Assembly (NCBI GenBank): GCA_050309605.1
Contig: JBNRMN010000080.1
Span: 1 to 25,821 of the forward strand
From: Anaerohalosphaeraceae bacterium
GTDB taxonomy: Bacteria; Planctomycetota; Phycisphaerae; Sedimentisphaerales; Anaerohalosphaeraceae
DNA: 25,821 bases
Reading direction: 5' to 3'
Below are positions 8,235 through 16,726 of this stretch, piece by piece. Numbering within the stretch: position 1 is the stretch's first letter; each line of letters begins with the position of its first letter. The notes below the pieces were generated by a model that saw nothing but the letters and a program-made list of their open reading frames with translations, was not told where the DNA came from and made no database searches. A program made the position numbers and the translations under genes.

Positions 8235-10751
8235 ATGAGACCGCTCATCGCCGAATGGATGAAATGGATCATCGTATTGTGTGTCGCTTCAAGCTGCTGT
8301 TCCCACACTGTTACTGTTGAGGAAAGCCCGCCAATGTCTGCCCGAAATAACTACTATGTCTCAAATCGTCAGCCGCTCAAACCCAATCCCTTCCTCAAGC
8401 TGCCGGTCGGCGCGATTCGGCCTGAGGGGTGGCTGGGCGTCTATCTCGAGCGGCAGCGCGAAGGGTTGACCGGTCAACTGGACACCCTCAGCGCCTGGCT
8501 GCAAAAAGACGGCAACGCCTGGCTGTCCAAAGACGGCAAGGGACAATGGGGCTGGGAGGAAGTGCCCTATTGGCTCAAGGGCTTTGCCAACATCGGCTAT
8601 ATCCTCGACGACAAGGCGATGATCGAGGAGGCCAAGGTCTGGATCGAAGCGGTACTGCGCAGCCAGCGCGACAACGGGGATTTCGGCCCGGATCATCGCT
8701 TCGAAGACGGCTCGCGGGATTACTGGGCCAATATGGTGATGCTGTTCTGCCTGCAATCGTATTATGAATACACCGGGGACGATCGTGTACTGACACTGAT
8801 GAGCCGCTATTTTCGCTATCAGGCCACGGTGCCGGATGAGAAGATGCTGACCGGCTATTGGCAGCGGATGCGCGGCGGCGACAATCTGTTTAGTATTTAC
8901 TGGCTGTATAACCGCACCGGCCAGGAGTGGCTGCTGGAGGCGGCGGAAAAAATCCACCGCAACACCGCCGACTGGATGATGAAAGACACCCTGCCGAACT
9001 GGCACAACGTCAATATCGCTCAATGTTTTCGCGAACCGGCCACCTATTATCTGCAAAGCCACAACCGGGACCATTTGCACGCGACCTACGCCAATTTTCG
9101 CATTATTCGCCAGCAGTACGGGCAGGTTCCCGGCGGCATGTTCGGCAGTGATGAAAACTGTCGTCCCGGCTATGACGGCCCGCGACAGGCGACCGAAACC
9201 TGCGGCCTGGTCGAGCAGATGCATTCCAACGAAATCCTGTTCGGCATCACCGGCGATGTATTCTGGGCCGATCACTGCGAAGAGGTGGCGTTCAATATGT
9301 ACCCGGCCTCCACGACGGCCGATTTTCGTGCGCTGCGGTATTTCGTCGCGCCGAATATGGTCTTGAGCGACCGCGCCGACAAGCACCCCGGTATTGACAA
9401 CAGCGGTCCGTTTTTCATTATGAACCCGCTGAGCCACCGCTGCTGCCAGCACAATCACGCCTTCGGCTGGCCGTATTATGCGGAACATCTGTTTATGGCC
9501 ACGCCCGATAACGGCGTGTGTGCGGTGTTGTACTCGGCGGCCTCGGTTCACGTGCGCGTCGGCGACGGAACGACCGTTACCCTGAAGGCGGAGACGCGCT
9601 ATCCCTTTGAAGAACACGTCCGCTTTACATTAAGCACCCCCAAGCCCGTTCAGTTTCCGTTCTATCTGCGTGTGCCCAACTGGTGTAAAGGCGCCTCGGT
9701 TCGCATCAATAACCGTCCCGTTGAAGTCAAGAGCAAGCCGGGTCGATTTATCCGCATCGAACGCGAATGGAAAAACGGCGACACCGTCAGCTATGCCCTG
9801 CCGATGCAGACTCAGGTACGCACCTGGACAAAGAACCGCAACAGCGTCAGCGTCGATTACGGCCCGTTGACGTTTTCGCTCAAGATCGACGAACGTTATG
9901 AATCGTGCGATCCAACTGCTACAGCGGTCTGGGACGCCAAATGGCGAGACGATACGGATACCTCACAGTGGCCCGCCATTGAGATTTTTCCCGACAGCAA
10001 CTGGAATTACGGCCTGGTTCTCAACGCCGATGATCCGGCCGCATCGTTTACCCTCCGCAGAAAACCCTGGCCGGCTGATGACTTTCCCTTCACGCCGCAA
10101 TCGGCGCCGCTGGAAATGACTGTCAAGGCGCGGCAGATTCCGCAGTGGAAACTGGATCGCTTCGGGATGTGCGGCCGTCTGCAGGACAGCCCCGTCATTT
10201 CCGACCGGCCGGAAGACACCGTGACGCTGATTCCGATGGGCGCCGCTCGGCTGCGGATCAGCGCGTTTCCGACCATCGCAGACGGCCCGGACGGACACGT
10301 CTGGAAAGAACCCATCGTCACCGACGTAACCGCTTCGCATAAACACGCCGGCGACAGCACCGACATCCTCGACGGGCGCGAACCAACCGCCTCGAATGAC
10401 CATAATATTCCGCGGTTTACGTGGTGGCCGCGCCGGGGAACAGAAGAATGGATTGCCTTTGAGCTGGATCAGCCGCGCGTGATTTCATCGCTGGGCGTGT
10501 ACTGGTTCGACGATACCGGCATCGGCCAATGCCGCATCCCCAGAGCCTGGCGGCTGCAATACAAGATCCCCGACGGCCCATGGAAGGAGGTCCGCGCCAA
10601 AGGCCCGTACAGCCTGGCCAAAGATCGTTACAACCGCATCGAATTCGAACCGGTTCGAACCACCGCCTTGCGGATAGAGGCACGCCTTCAGGATACCTTT
10701 TCCGGCGGAATTTTGAAGGTGGATCTGCACCCCGATACGACGAACCCTTAA
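8235..10751 (+). CDS. Secreted glycoside hydrolase, GH127/GH146 beta-L-arabinofuranosidase-like, with C-terminal discoidin (F5/8, CBM32-like) domain
   Basis: 'GWEEVPYWLKG', 'HNVNIAQ', 'ETC' and 'RCCQHN' Cys/Glu motifs; 'ETRYPFEE...FPFYLRVPNW'; 'LIPMGAARLRIS'; C-terminal 'WIAFELDQPRVISSLGVYWFDD...FEPVRTTALRI'. Confidence 0.88.
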   Translation: MRPLIAEWMKWIIVLCVASSCCSHTVTVEESPPMSARNNYYVSNRQPLKPNPFLKLPVGAIRPEGWLGVYLERQREGLTGQLDTLSAWLQKDGNAWLSKDGKGQWGWEEVPYWLKGFANIGYILDDKAMIEEAKVWIEAVLRSQRDNGDFGPDHRFEDGSRDYWANMVMLFCLQSYYEYTGDDRVLTLMSRYFRYQATVPDEKMLTGYWQRMRGGDNLFSIYWLYNRTGQEWLLEAAEKIHRNTADWMMKDTLPNWHNVNIAQCFREPATYYLQSHNRDHLHATYANFRIIRQQYGQVPGGMFGSDENCRPGYDGPRQATETCGLVEQMHSNEILFGITGDVFWADHCEEVAFNMYPASTTADFRALRYFVAPNMVLSDRADKHPGIDNSGPFFIMNPLSHRCCQHNHAFGWPYYAEHLFMATPDNGVCAVLYSAASVHVRVGDGTTVTLKAETRYPFEEHVRFTLSTPKPVQFPFYLRVPNWCKGASVRINNRPVEVKSKPGRFIRIEREWKNGDTVSYALPMQTQVRTWTKNRNSVSVDYGPLTFSLKIDERYESCDPTATAVWDAKWRDDTDTSQWPAIEIFPDSNWNYGLVLNADDPAASFTLRRKPWPADDFPFTPQSAPLEMTVKARQIPQWKLDRFGMCGRLQDSPVISDRPEDTVTLIPMGAARLRISAFPTIADGPDGHVWKEPIVTDVTASHKHAGDSTDILDGREPTASNDHNIPRFTWWPRRGTEEWIAFELDQPRVISSLGVYWFDDTGIGQCRIPRAWRLQYKIPDGPWKEVRAKGPYSLAKDRYNRIEFEPVRTTALRIEARLQDTFSGGILKVDLHPDTTNP

Positions 10752-11692
10752 ACCGACTCATCGGATTTGGCGCCCAAGCGAGCGTTGCGCCGAAGACGGA
10801 TCAGACCAATCCGTTCGATAGGCGAGCCTTTGCAGATGACGTCAAAATCCGCTTGTTTCCAGGTCAGCACATCGTTCGGGCCAACGCGCGCCCGTTCCGG
10901 ATGAAATCGCAGTCCCCTGTCGGTGCGCGGCGGTGCGTGTCTGACCACAGGACAGGCCATCAGACACGCATCGCAGCCGAACAGCCGCCCCGCCATTTTG
11001 TCGGCAAACTCCTCGTTAATCTCGTCCGGCTCTTCGATGGTCAGATAGCTCAGACAGCGTCGGGCGTCAAAGGCGCCGTCGGCCCCCAGCGCCCCGGTCG
11101 GACAGGCGGCAATACACCGGCCGCACTCGGCACAGTAATCCCCCATGAGCGGTTCATCGGGCTTCAGCGGCAGGGTGGTCAGCAATTCGCCCAGAAATAT
11201 CATTCCGCCCAGCTCCGGATGAATCAGTGCGTGATTGCGCCCGATAAAGCCCAGCCCCGCTCGATGCGCCAGCGCCCGCTCGGCCAGTGGAATCGCATCG
11301 GTACAGGCCTTGAATTTCAGCGGCCTGTCCGGACAGAGCGATTGAACAAACGCCGCCAATTCAAACAGCCGCGTTTTGATGAAGCCGTGATAATCGTCGT
11401 AAAGGGCATAGCGGCTGATCGACGGACATTGATCATCGGCCACGTCCTCTTGTCGCGGTCGATAATTCAGCGCCACACAAATCACACTCTGCGCCCCGGT
11501 CAGCAGGCGATTGGGTGCGAAACGTTTGTCATTGTTACGATACAGGTAATACATCCGCCCCGCGCAGCCGTTCTCCAGCCATTGTCGATGATAGTCTCCG
11601 TACTTCGGCTCCAGCGGCTCGGCGGATGTGATCCCGATCCGATCAAACCCCAATTCCAGCCCCGTTCGTTTGATGTTCGCCTCAAGGTCCAT
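10748..11692 (-). CDS. queG: tRNA epoxyqueuosine(34) reductase QueG
   Basis: ISRYALYDDYH, ERALAHRAGLGFIGRN, FLGELLT, CAECGRCIAACPTGA, DARRCLSYLTIE, FGCDACLMACP. Start reassigned to ATG 11692 (MDLEANIK...LGFDRIGI); the 187-aa extension in the ORF track shows no homology. Confidence 0.95.
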   Translation of the reverse strand: MDLEANIKRTGLELGFDRIGITSAEPLEPKYGDYHRQWLENGCAGRMYYLYRNNDKRFAPNRLLTGAQSVICVALNYRPRQEDVADDQCPSISRYALYDDYHGFIKTRLFELAAFVQSLCPDRPLKFKACTDAIPLAERALAHRAGLGFIGRNHALIHPELGGMIFLGELLTTLPLKPDEPLMGDYCAECGRCIAACPTGALGADGAFDARRCLSYLTIEEPDEINEEFADKMAGRLFGCDACLMACPVVRHAPPRTDRGLRFHPERARVGPNDVLTWKQADFDVICKGSPIERIGLIRLRRNARLGAKSDESV

Positions 11693-11778
11693 CTTTGTAG
11701 TGTATCCATTTACGCCGTCCGATAAAAGAAAAAACCGCCGCCGCGGCTGCTCAGTGCCCCGACTGGCCGATATTTGTC

Positions 11779-11807
11779 TTGACTTGGAAACCGTTTTTCG
11801 GTAAACT
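11779..11807 (+). promoter_or_regulatory. sigma70-type promoter not directly tied to a CDS
   Basis: TTGACT (11779-11784), 17-nt spacer, TAAACT (11802-11807). Confidence 0.65.
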
Positions 11808-11809
11808 AT

Positions 11810-12050
11810 GGGTGTTGCCGGTGCAAATTCAGCGTTTTTTCGCCTCGCGTCTTCCGCAGCAGGACGCACTGCGGCACGACGGCAACAGGGAGACGGCACA
11901 CAAATAAGATGCATTAAATGCGCCCGCCTCCCTCTTTTTTTATACCTACCTGTCCCGCATTGAGCGTCCCTGTTGATTGCGACACGTCGTGTGTGTTTCG
12001 ATGTCGTGTCAGCGTCCTTCCGACAGGGTAGTTTTCGACCGCCGATACCC
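11810..12050 (+). ncRNA. Candidate structured non-coding RNA or cis-regulatory leader (family not recognised)
   Basis: Follows the orphan promoter and contains multiple complementary segments plus a U7 tract at 11935-11941 (see findings). Confidence 0.4.
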
Positions 12051-12075
12051 ATTTTCTGAATTCGGAAAATGCCGC

Positions 12076-12103
12076 TTGCCTGAAATCGCACAGCCTTTAT
12101 AAT
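12076..12103 (+). promoter_or_regulatory. sigma70 promoter for amrS, probably giving a leaderless mRNA
   Basis: TTGCCT (12076-12081), 16-nt spacer, TATAAT (12098-12103), 7 nt before ATG 12111; no SD sequence. Confidence 0.6.
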
Positions 12104-12110
12104 AAATCCT

Positions 12111-13142
12111 ATGCCGAAACAGCAGTACAAAGAAGCGGTTTTGTGGACACCGCTGGACGGGAGAACGGTTCGGTGCAACTTGTGCCATTGGCGCTGCACC
12201 ATCGTGCCGGACCAATTCGGGCGATGCCATGTACGCAAAAACATAGACGGCACGCTGTACTCGCTGAACTACGACAAGGTGTGTGCGGCCAACGTCGATC
12301 CCATTGAAAAAAAGCCGCTGTTTCATTTCCAACCCGGCTCGCAGAGTTTTTCGGTTGCCGCACCGGGCTGCAATTTTCGTTGTGTATTCTGTCAAAACTG
12401 GCAAATCAGTCAAGCCCCGCTTGAACGCATCATCGACGGCGCGGCGTTTTCGCCCCCCAAAATCGTCGATGCGGCCGTCAGGGCCGGCTGCCGGAATATC
12501 GCTTATACCTATACGGAACCGACGGTTTTTATGGAGTTGTGCGCCGAAACCGCCGTGCTGGCCAAAGAACAAGGCCTGGCCAATGTGTTTGTCAGCAACG
12601 GGTATATGACACCTGAAGCAATCGACTTTGCCCGGCCGTGGCTGGACGGAATCAACGTGGACCTAAAGGCGTTTACCGAGGATTTTTATCGCGATTTATG
12701 TAAGGCCCACTTGGCCGGTGTGCTGGAAACGCTTGAGTATCTGGCCCGAAAAACGGATATCTGGCTGGAAATTACCACGCTTGTTGTACCCGGCCAAAAC
12801 GACAGCCCCGACGAATTGACCCGCATAGCCGAGTTTATCGCCCAGACATTATCGCCCGATGTGCCATGGCACATCAGCCGATTTTTCCCGCAATATCAGA
12901 TGTCAGAGGCGACTGCGACCCATGAAACGGAATTGTCAAAGGCCTATGACATCGGCAAAGCCGCCGGGCTGCGCTATGTGTATGTCGGCAACCTGCCGGG
13001 CAATCGGGCCGAATCCACTTGGTGTTCCGGCTGCGGGGCGTTGTTGCTCGAAAGACTGGGATACCGTATCCGCTCCAATCGGATTGCCGATCATCGATGT
13101 CCACACTGCGGCAGCCAAATCGCCGGATATGACTTAAGTTGA
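12111..13142 (+). CDS. amrS: AmmeMemoRadiSam system radical SAM enzyme
   Basis: VRCNLCHWRC N-terminus, DPIEKKPLFHF, GCNFRCVFCQNWQISQ (CxxxCxxC), AYTYTEPT, PWHISRFFP, YVYVGN, C-terminal CxxC...CxxC. Confidence 0.95.
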   Translation: MPKQQYKEAVLWTPLDGRTVRCNLCHWRCTIVPDQFGRCHVRKNIDGTLYSLNYDKVCAANVDPIEKKPLFHFQPGSQSFSVAAPGCNFRCVFCQNWQISQAPLERIIDGAAFSPPKIVDAAVRAGCRNIAYTYTEPTVFMELCAETAVLAKEQGLANVFVSNGYMTPEAIDFARPWLDGINVDLKAFTEDFYRDLCKAHLAGVLETLEYLARKTDIWLEITTLVVPGQNDSPDELTRIAEFIAQTLSPDVPWHISRFFPQYQMSEATATHETELSKAYDIGKAAGLRYVYVGNLPGNRAESTWCSGCGALLLERLGYRIRSNRIADHRCPHCGSQIAGYDLS

Positions 13143-13180
13143 AGCAAATGCGTTAGACACGAAAAAAACAGGACGAGACT

Positions 13181-14050
13181 ATGACCGATAAGACCCTGAA
13201 TATCTATCACGAACCGACGGTTCATCACCCTTCTTTGGTCATCGGCTTTGAGGGCTGGATGGACGGGGGCGACGTCTCTACCGGCACCATCGATTATTTG
13301 CGTATCAAGCTGGGAGCACTGCCGTTCGCGGCGATAGAACCGGACGGCTTTTATATCCTCAATATGCCCGGACCGATGGAACTGGCCTCGTTGTTTCGTC
13401 CGCATGTGCGCTATGAAGAGGGATTGATTAAACAATACGATTACCCGACCAATCGGTTTTTTGTCCAGTCCGATTACAATCTGATGCTGTTCAGCGGAAA
13501 AGAGCCGAATCTGGATTGGGATCGTTTCTCACAAGCGATCTTATCGCTGAGCAAACGCTTCGGCGTCCGGCGTATTCTGTACGTCGGCAGCGTCGCCGGC
13601 TTGGCGCCGCACAGCCGCGATCCGCGCATTATGTGTACGCTCTCCGATCCGGAACTCAAATCGCTGGCGGACAAAATGGGGTTTCACGCCAGTCAGTACG
13701 AAGGCCCCGGCAGTTTTGTCACGCATCTGACGCATCGCGCGGCCGAGGAACCAATCGACGTGATCGGACTGGTCGCCGAGATTCCGGCCTATCTCCAGGG
13801 CTACAACCCCAAATGTATCGAAACAATGGTGCGGTGTGTTTCCAGCATCCTTGGACTGCATCTGATCTGCGACGATTTGCGGGCGCTGGGTGAGGAATAT
13901 GAAAAGCGCGTCAGTGAACTGGTCAGTCAGCAGCCGGATCTGGCTCAGCGAGTCGAGCAGCTTGAGGAAAGCTACGATAATGAAGTTTTCAACACCGACC
14001 TGGAAGACCTCAAATCCTGGCTTCACAGCCGCGGTATTCGTCTGGACTGA
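13181..14050 (+). CDS. PAC2 (proteasome assembly chaperone 2) family protein
   Basis: 'LVIGFEGWMDGGDVST', 'RPHVRYEEG', 'GKEPNLDW', 'PHSRDP', 'YEGPGS', 'AEIPAYL', 'VEQLEESYD' match the bacterial PAC2/SCO1997-like pattern. Confidence 0.85.
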   Translation: MTDKTLNIYHEPTVHHPSLVIGFEGWMDGGDVSTGTIDYLRIKLGALPFAAIEPDGFYILNMPGPMELASLFRPHVRYEEGLIKQYDYPTNRFFVQSDYNLMLFSGKEPNLDWDRFSQAILSLSKRFGVRRILYVGSVAGLAPHSRDPRIMCTLSDPELKSLADKMGFHASQYEGPGSFVTHLTHRAAEEPIDVIGLVAEIPAYLQGYNPKCIETMVRCVSSILGLHLICDDLRALGEEYEKRVSELVSQQPDLAQRVEQLEESYDNEVFNTDLEDLKSWLHSRGIRLD

Positions 14051-14155
14051 ACCGGCGGTATTCCGACATGGGCATCCGCCGGGCCGGGGAACCGCTTTCT
14101 CCCGTCCCCTGTGCAGCCGTGCTGTTCCATTCGATCGAATGGTCATCAAAAAATC

Positions 14156-14184
14156 TTGTTCACCCGCCGGACGGCTGTTATACT
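14156..14184 (+). promoter_or_regulatory. sigma70 extended -10 promoter for the GH57-malQ pair
   Basis: TTGTTC, 17-nt spacer ending TGT, TATACT (14179-14184). Confidence 0.5.
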
Positions 14185-14287
14185 TTTGTCGCTTTGTCAC
14201 TACAACGTGCGGTAAGTTTTGAATCCGGTAATAAAAATGATGAACTAATGATTGCTCTTGAAATAGCACAGGAAGAATAGAGGGTTT

Positions 14288-16711
14288 ATGGAAAAGTATG
14301 TCTGTATTCACGGCCATTTCTACCAGCCTCCCCGTGATAATCCCTGGCTGGAGGACATTGAACTTCAGGATCAGGCCTATCCTTACCACGACTGGAATGA
14401 GCGGATCGCCGATGAGTGTTACGGGCCAAACGCCGCGTCCCGCATTCTCGGAAGCGACCGTAAAATCATTAACATCGTCAACAATTACGCCTCTATCAGC
14501 TTCAATTTCGGCCCGACGCTGCTGTCCTGGCTGGAAGATAAGGCGCCGCAGGTCTATGAAAAAATTCTTGAAGCGGACAAACAAAGCATCGACCATTTCT
14601 CCGGCCACGGCGCGGCTCTGGCCCAGGCGTATAATCATATGATCCTGCCCCTGTGCAACGAACAGGACAAACACACTCAGGTGATCTGGGGGATCAAGGA
14701 CTTTGAAAGCCGGTTTGGCCGCCAGCCGGAAGGGATGTGGCTGCCGGAAACAGCCGTCAACACCGAGACGCTGGAAGTCCTGGCGGCACATGGCATCCGC
14801 TTTACGATTCTGGCGCCCGGGCAAGCCGAGCGGGTTAAAAAAATCGGCGCCAAAAACTGGAAAGAGGTCACCGAAGAGACCCTGGACACCACCGTCGCGT
14901 ATGTGTGCAACTTGCCTTCGGGCAAACAAATCAATTTGTTTTTCTACAATGGCGCGGTGGCTCACGATGTGGCCTTCGGGGGATTGCTGCACAACGGCCA
15001 GACCTTTGCCGAGCGGATCTACGAAGGCTTCGATAAAAGCGGTCGGGCGCGGCTGGTTCATATTGCCACCGACGGGGAATCCTTCGGCCATCACCATCGG
15101 CACGGCGATATGGCGCTGGCCTATTGTCTGCATCATCTGCAAACCCAAACCGACGCCAAGCTGACCATTTACGGGGAATTTCTCGAAAAATTTCCCCCGG
15201 AGTATGAAGTCCAGATTAAAGAAAACAGCTCCTGGAGCTGCGCCCACGGCGTGGAACGCTGGAAATCCAATTGCGGCTGCTGCGGCGATCATACCCTCAG
15301 CGGCAAACAGCAATGGCGCGCCCCGCTGCGTGAAGCGCTGGACTGGCTGCGCGACCGGCTGGCGGACATTTACACGGATATGATGCAGCTGTTCGTGCAG
15401 GATCCCTGGGCCGTTCGCAACAGTTACCTTGACATTATTCTGGACCGGCGCAAAGACAACGTCAACCAGAAGATCACCGAATGGACGGGAAGCGAACGTA
15501 CCGCCTCGGAGACCAGCACCCTGCTGAAACTGCTGGAAATGCAGCGCAATGCCATGCTGATGTACACCAGTTGCGGGTGGTTTTTCAACGACATCTCCGG
15601 CATTGAAACCGTTCAGATATTGCAGTACGCCGCGCGGGCGATTCAGCTCTGCGGCGACATCAAACAAATTGATCTGGAACCGGAATTCCGAGATCGCCTG
15701 GAAAAAGCCCCCTCACTCAATGAAACGTTCGTCAACGGCAAGCACATCTATGACCAGTTTGTCAAGCCGTCGATGATCGACCTGGCGCGCGTCGGCGCGC
15801 ATCTGGCGCTGAGTTCGATCTTTCAGGAAGGCGATCTGACCGGCGCGGAAATTTATACCTATTCGGCCTCCCTTGATTCGTTTCAGCGGCTGGACGCCGG
15901 CATCGAGACGCTCATCACCGCCGATGTCACCCTGCACGCCAATACCACATGGGAGGACGCTTCGTTCTTTTTGGTCGGATTGTATCTGGGCGGCCAGAAC
16001 GTCTTTGCCGCACTGGGCGCCATGCCGCCGCAGGAAGCGCGAGAACACGAGGCGCACCTGTGCTCGGCCTTTCGAAAAGGCGACACCAGCGAGGTTCTGC
16101 GTTTAATGAATGTCTTCTTCTGCGGTCGTAATTATTCGATTCCGCATCTGTTCCGCGACGAACAGCGCCGCATCCTCGACCATTTGCTCGAAACGACCTG
16201 GCAGGAAATCGAGTATTCGTTTCGCCACATTTATGAGCACAATTACTCCATGATGCAATTGATGAATAATATGAACATTCCTTTGCCGCAGGCATTTATG
16301 GCGCCGGCTCAGTACATTGTCAATCGGGACCTGTGCCGGCTGATTCGCAGCGGCCATAACAACACCCGCCGCATCAAAATGCTGCTTGAGGATGTGCGGC
16401 GGTTTTCATTGTCGTTAAATCATAAATTGATTCAGTATGAATTCAACCGAAAAGCGGAACGTCTGTTTCGGTCGCTTCAGAAAGACCCCAACGATATGAC
16501 CCAACTGGTACGCATTGAAGAACTGCTGGGTATTATGAAGGAACTGGATACCGACTTGAATTTACAAAACCCGCAGAACATCTTCTTTACGCTGGCCCAG
16601 CATACCTATCCGGACATCCGCCGCGAAGCGGTCGCCGGCGACGAGACCGCCCGACAATGGGTCGAGCATTTCAAGAATCTGGCCCATCAGTTGAACCTGG
16701 TCATTGAGTAA
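14288..16711 (+). CDS. Glycoside hydrolase family 57 protein with DUF3536 domain
   Basis: CIHGHFYQPPRDNPW, SFNFGPTLL, GMWLPETAV, ATDGESFGHH, SWSCAHGVERW, MYTSCGWFF. Confidence 0.93.
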   Translation: MEKYVCIHGHFYQPPRDNPWLEDIELQDQAYPYHDWNERIADECYGPNAASRILGSDRKIINIVNNYASISFNFGPTLLSWLEDKAPQVYEKILEADKQSIDHFSGHGAALAQAYNHMILPLCNEQDKHTQVIWGIKDFESRFGRQPEGMWLPETAVNTETLEVLAAHGIRFTILAPGQAERVKKIGAKNWKEVTEETLDTTVAYVCNLPSGKQINLFFYNGAVAHDVAFGGLLHNGQTFAERIYEGFDKSGRARLVHIATDGESFGHHHRHGDMALAYCLHHLQTQTDAKLTIYGEFLEKFPPEYEVQIKENSSWSCAHGVERWKSNCGCCGDHTLSGKQQWRAPLREALDWLRDRLADIYTDMMQLFVQDPWAVRNSYLDIILDRRKDNVNQKITEWTGSERTASETSTLLKLLEMQRNAMLMYTSCGWFFNDISGIETVQILQYAARAIQLCGDIKQIDLEPEFRDRLEKAPSLNETFVNGKHIYDQFVKPSMIDLARVGAHLALSSIFQEGDLTGAEIYTYSASLDSFQRLDAGIETLITADVTLHANTTWEDASFFLVGLYLGGQNVFAALGAMPPQEAREHEAHLCSAFRKGDTSEVLRLMNVFFCGRNYSIPHLFRDEQRRILDHLLETTWQEIEYSFRHIYEHNYSMMQLMNNMNIPLPQAFMAPAQYIVNRDLCRLIRSGHNNTRRIKMLLEDVRRFSLSLNHKLIQYEFNRKAERLFRSLQKDPNDMTQLVRIEELLGIMKELDTDLNLQNPQNIFFTLAQHTYPDIRREAVAGDETARQWVEHFKNLAHQLNLVIE

Positions 16712-16726
16712 ACGAAAGGAACAACG

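Noticed and set aside
8361..9617. 418-aa minus-strand ORF
   Set aside because: Antisense to the GH127 gene
10529..11725. 398-aa plus-strand ORF
   Set aside because: Overlaps the GH127 end and is antisense to queG; no motifs
11818..11832. GGTGCAAATTC resembling part of a cobalamin riboswitch near B12-dependent queG
   Set aside because: Wrong strand for queG; flanking AGGGAA, GCCCCCGCNACTGT and B12-box elements are missing. SRP, c-di-GMP and preQ1 consensus motifs were not found either.
11808..12031. Small ORFs in the intergenic region (51 aa from ATG 11808; 37-aa Cys-containing MRPPPSFFIPTCPALSVPVDCDTSCVFRCRVSVLPTG from ATG 11918) as RiPP precursors for the radical SAM
   Set aside because: No SD; the first ATG abuts the -10 box; AmrS is not a SPASM/RRE peptide maturase
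11693..12253. 187-aa N-terminal extension of QueG in the ORF track
   Set aside because: No homology, and it overlaps amrS and the promoters; QueG similarity begins at ATG 11692
13541..15667. 708-aa minus-strand ORF
   Set aside because: Antisense shadow across the PAC2 and GH57 genes
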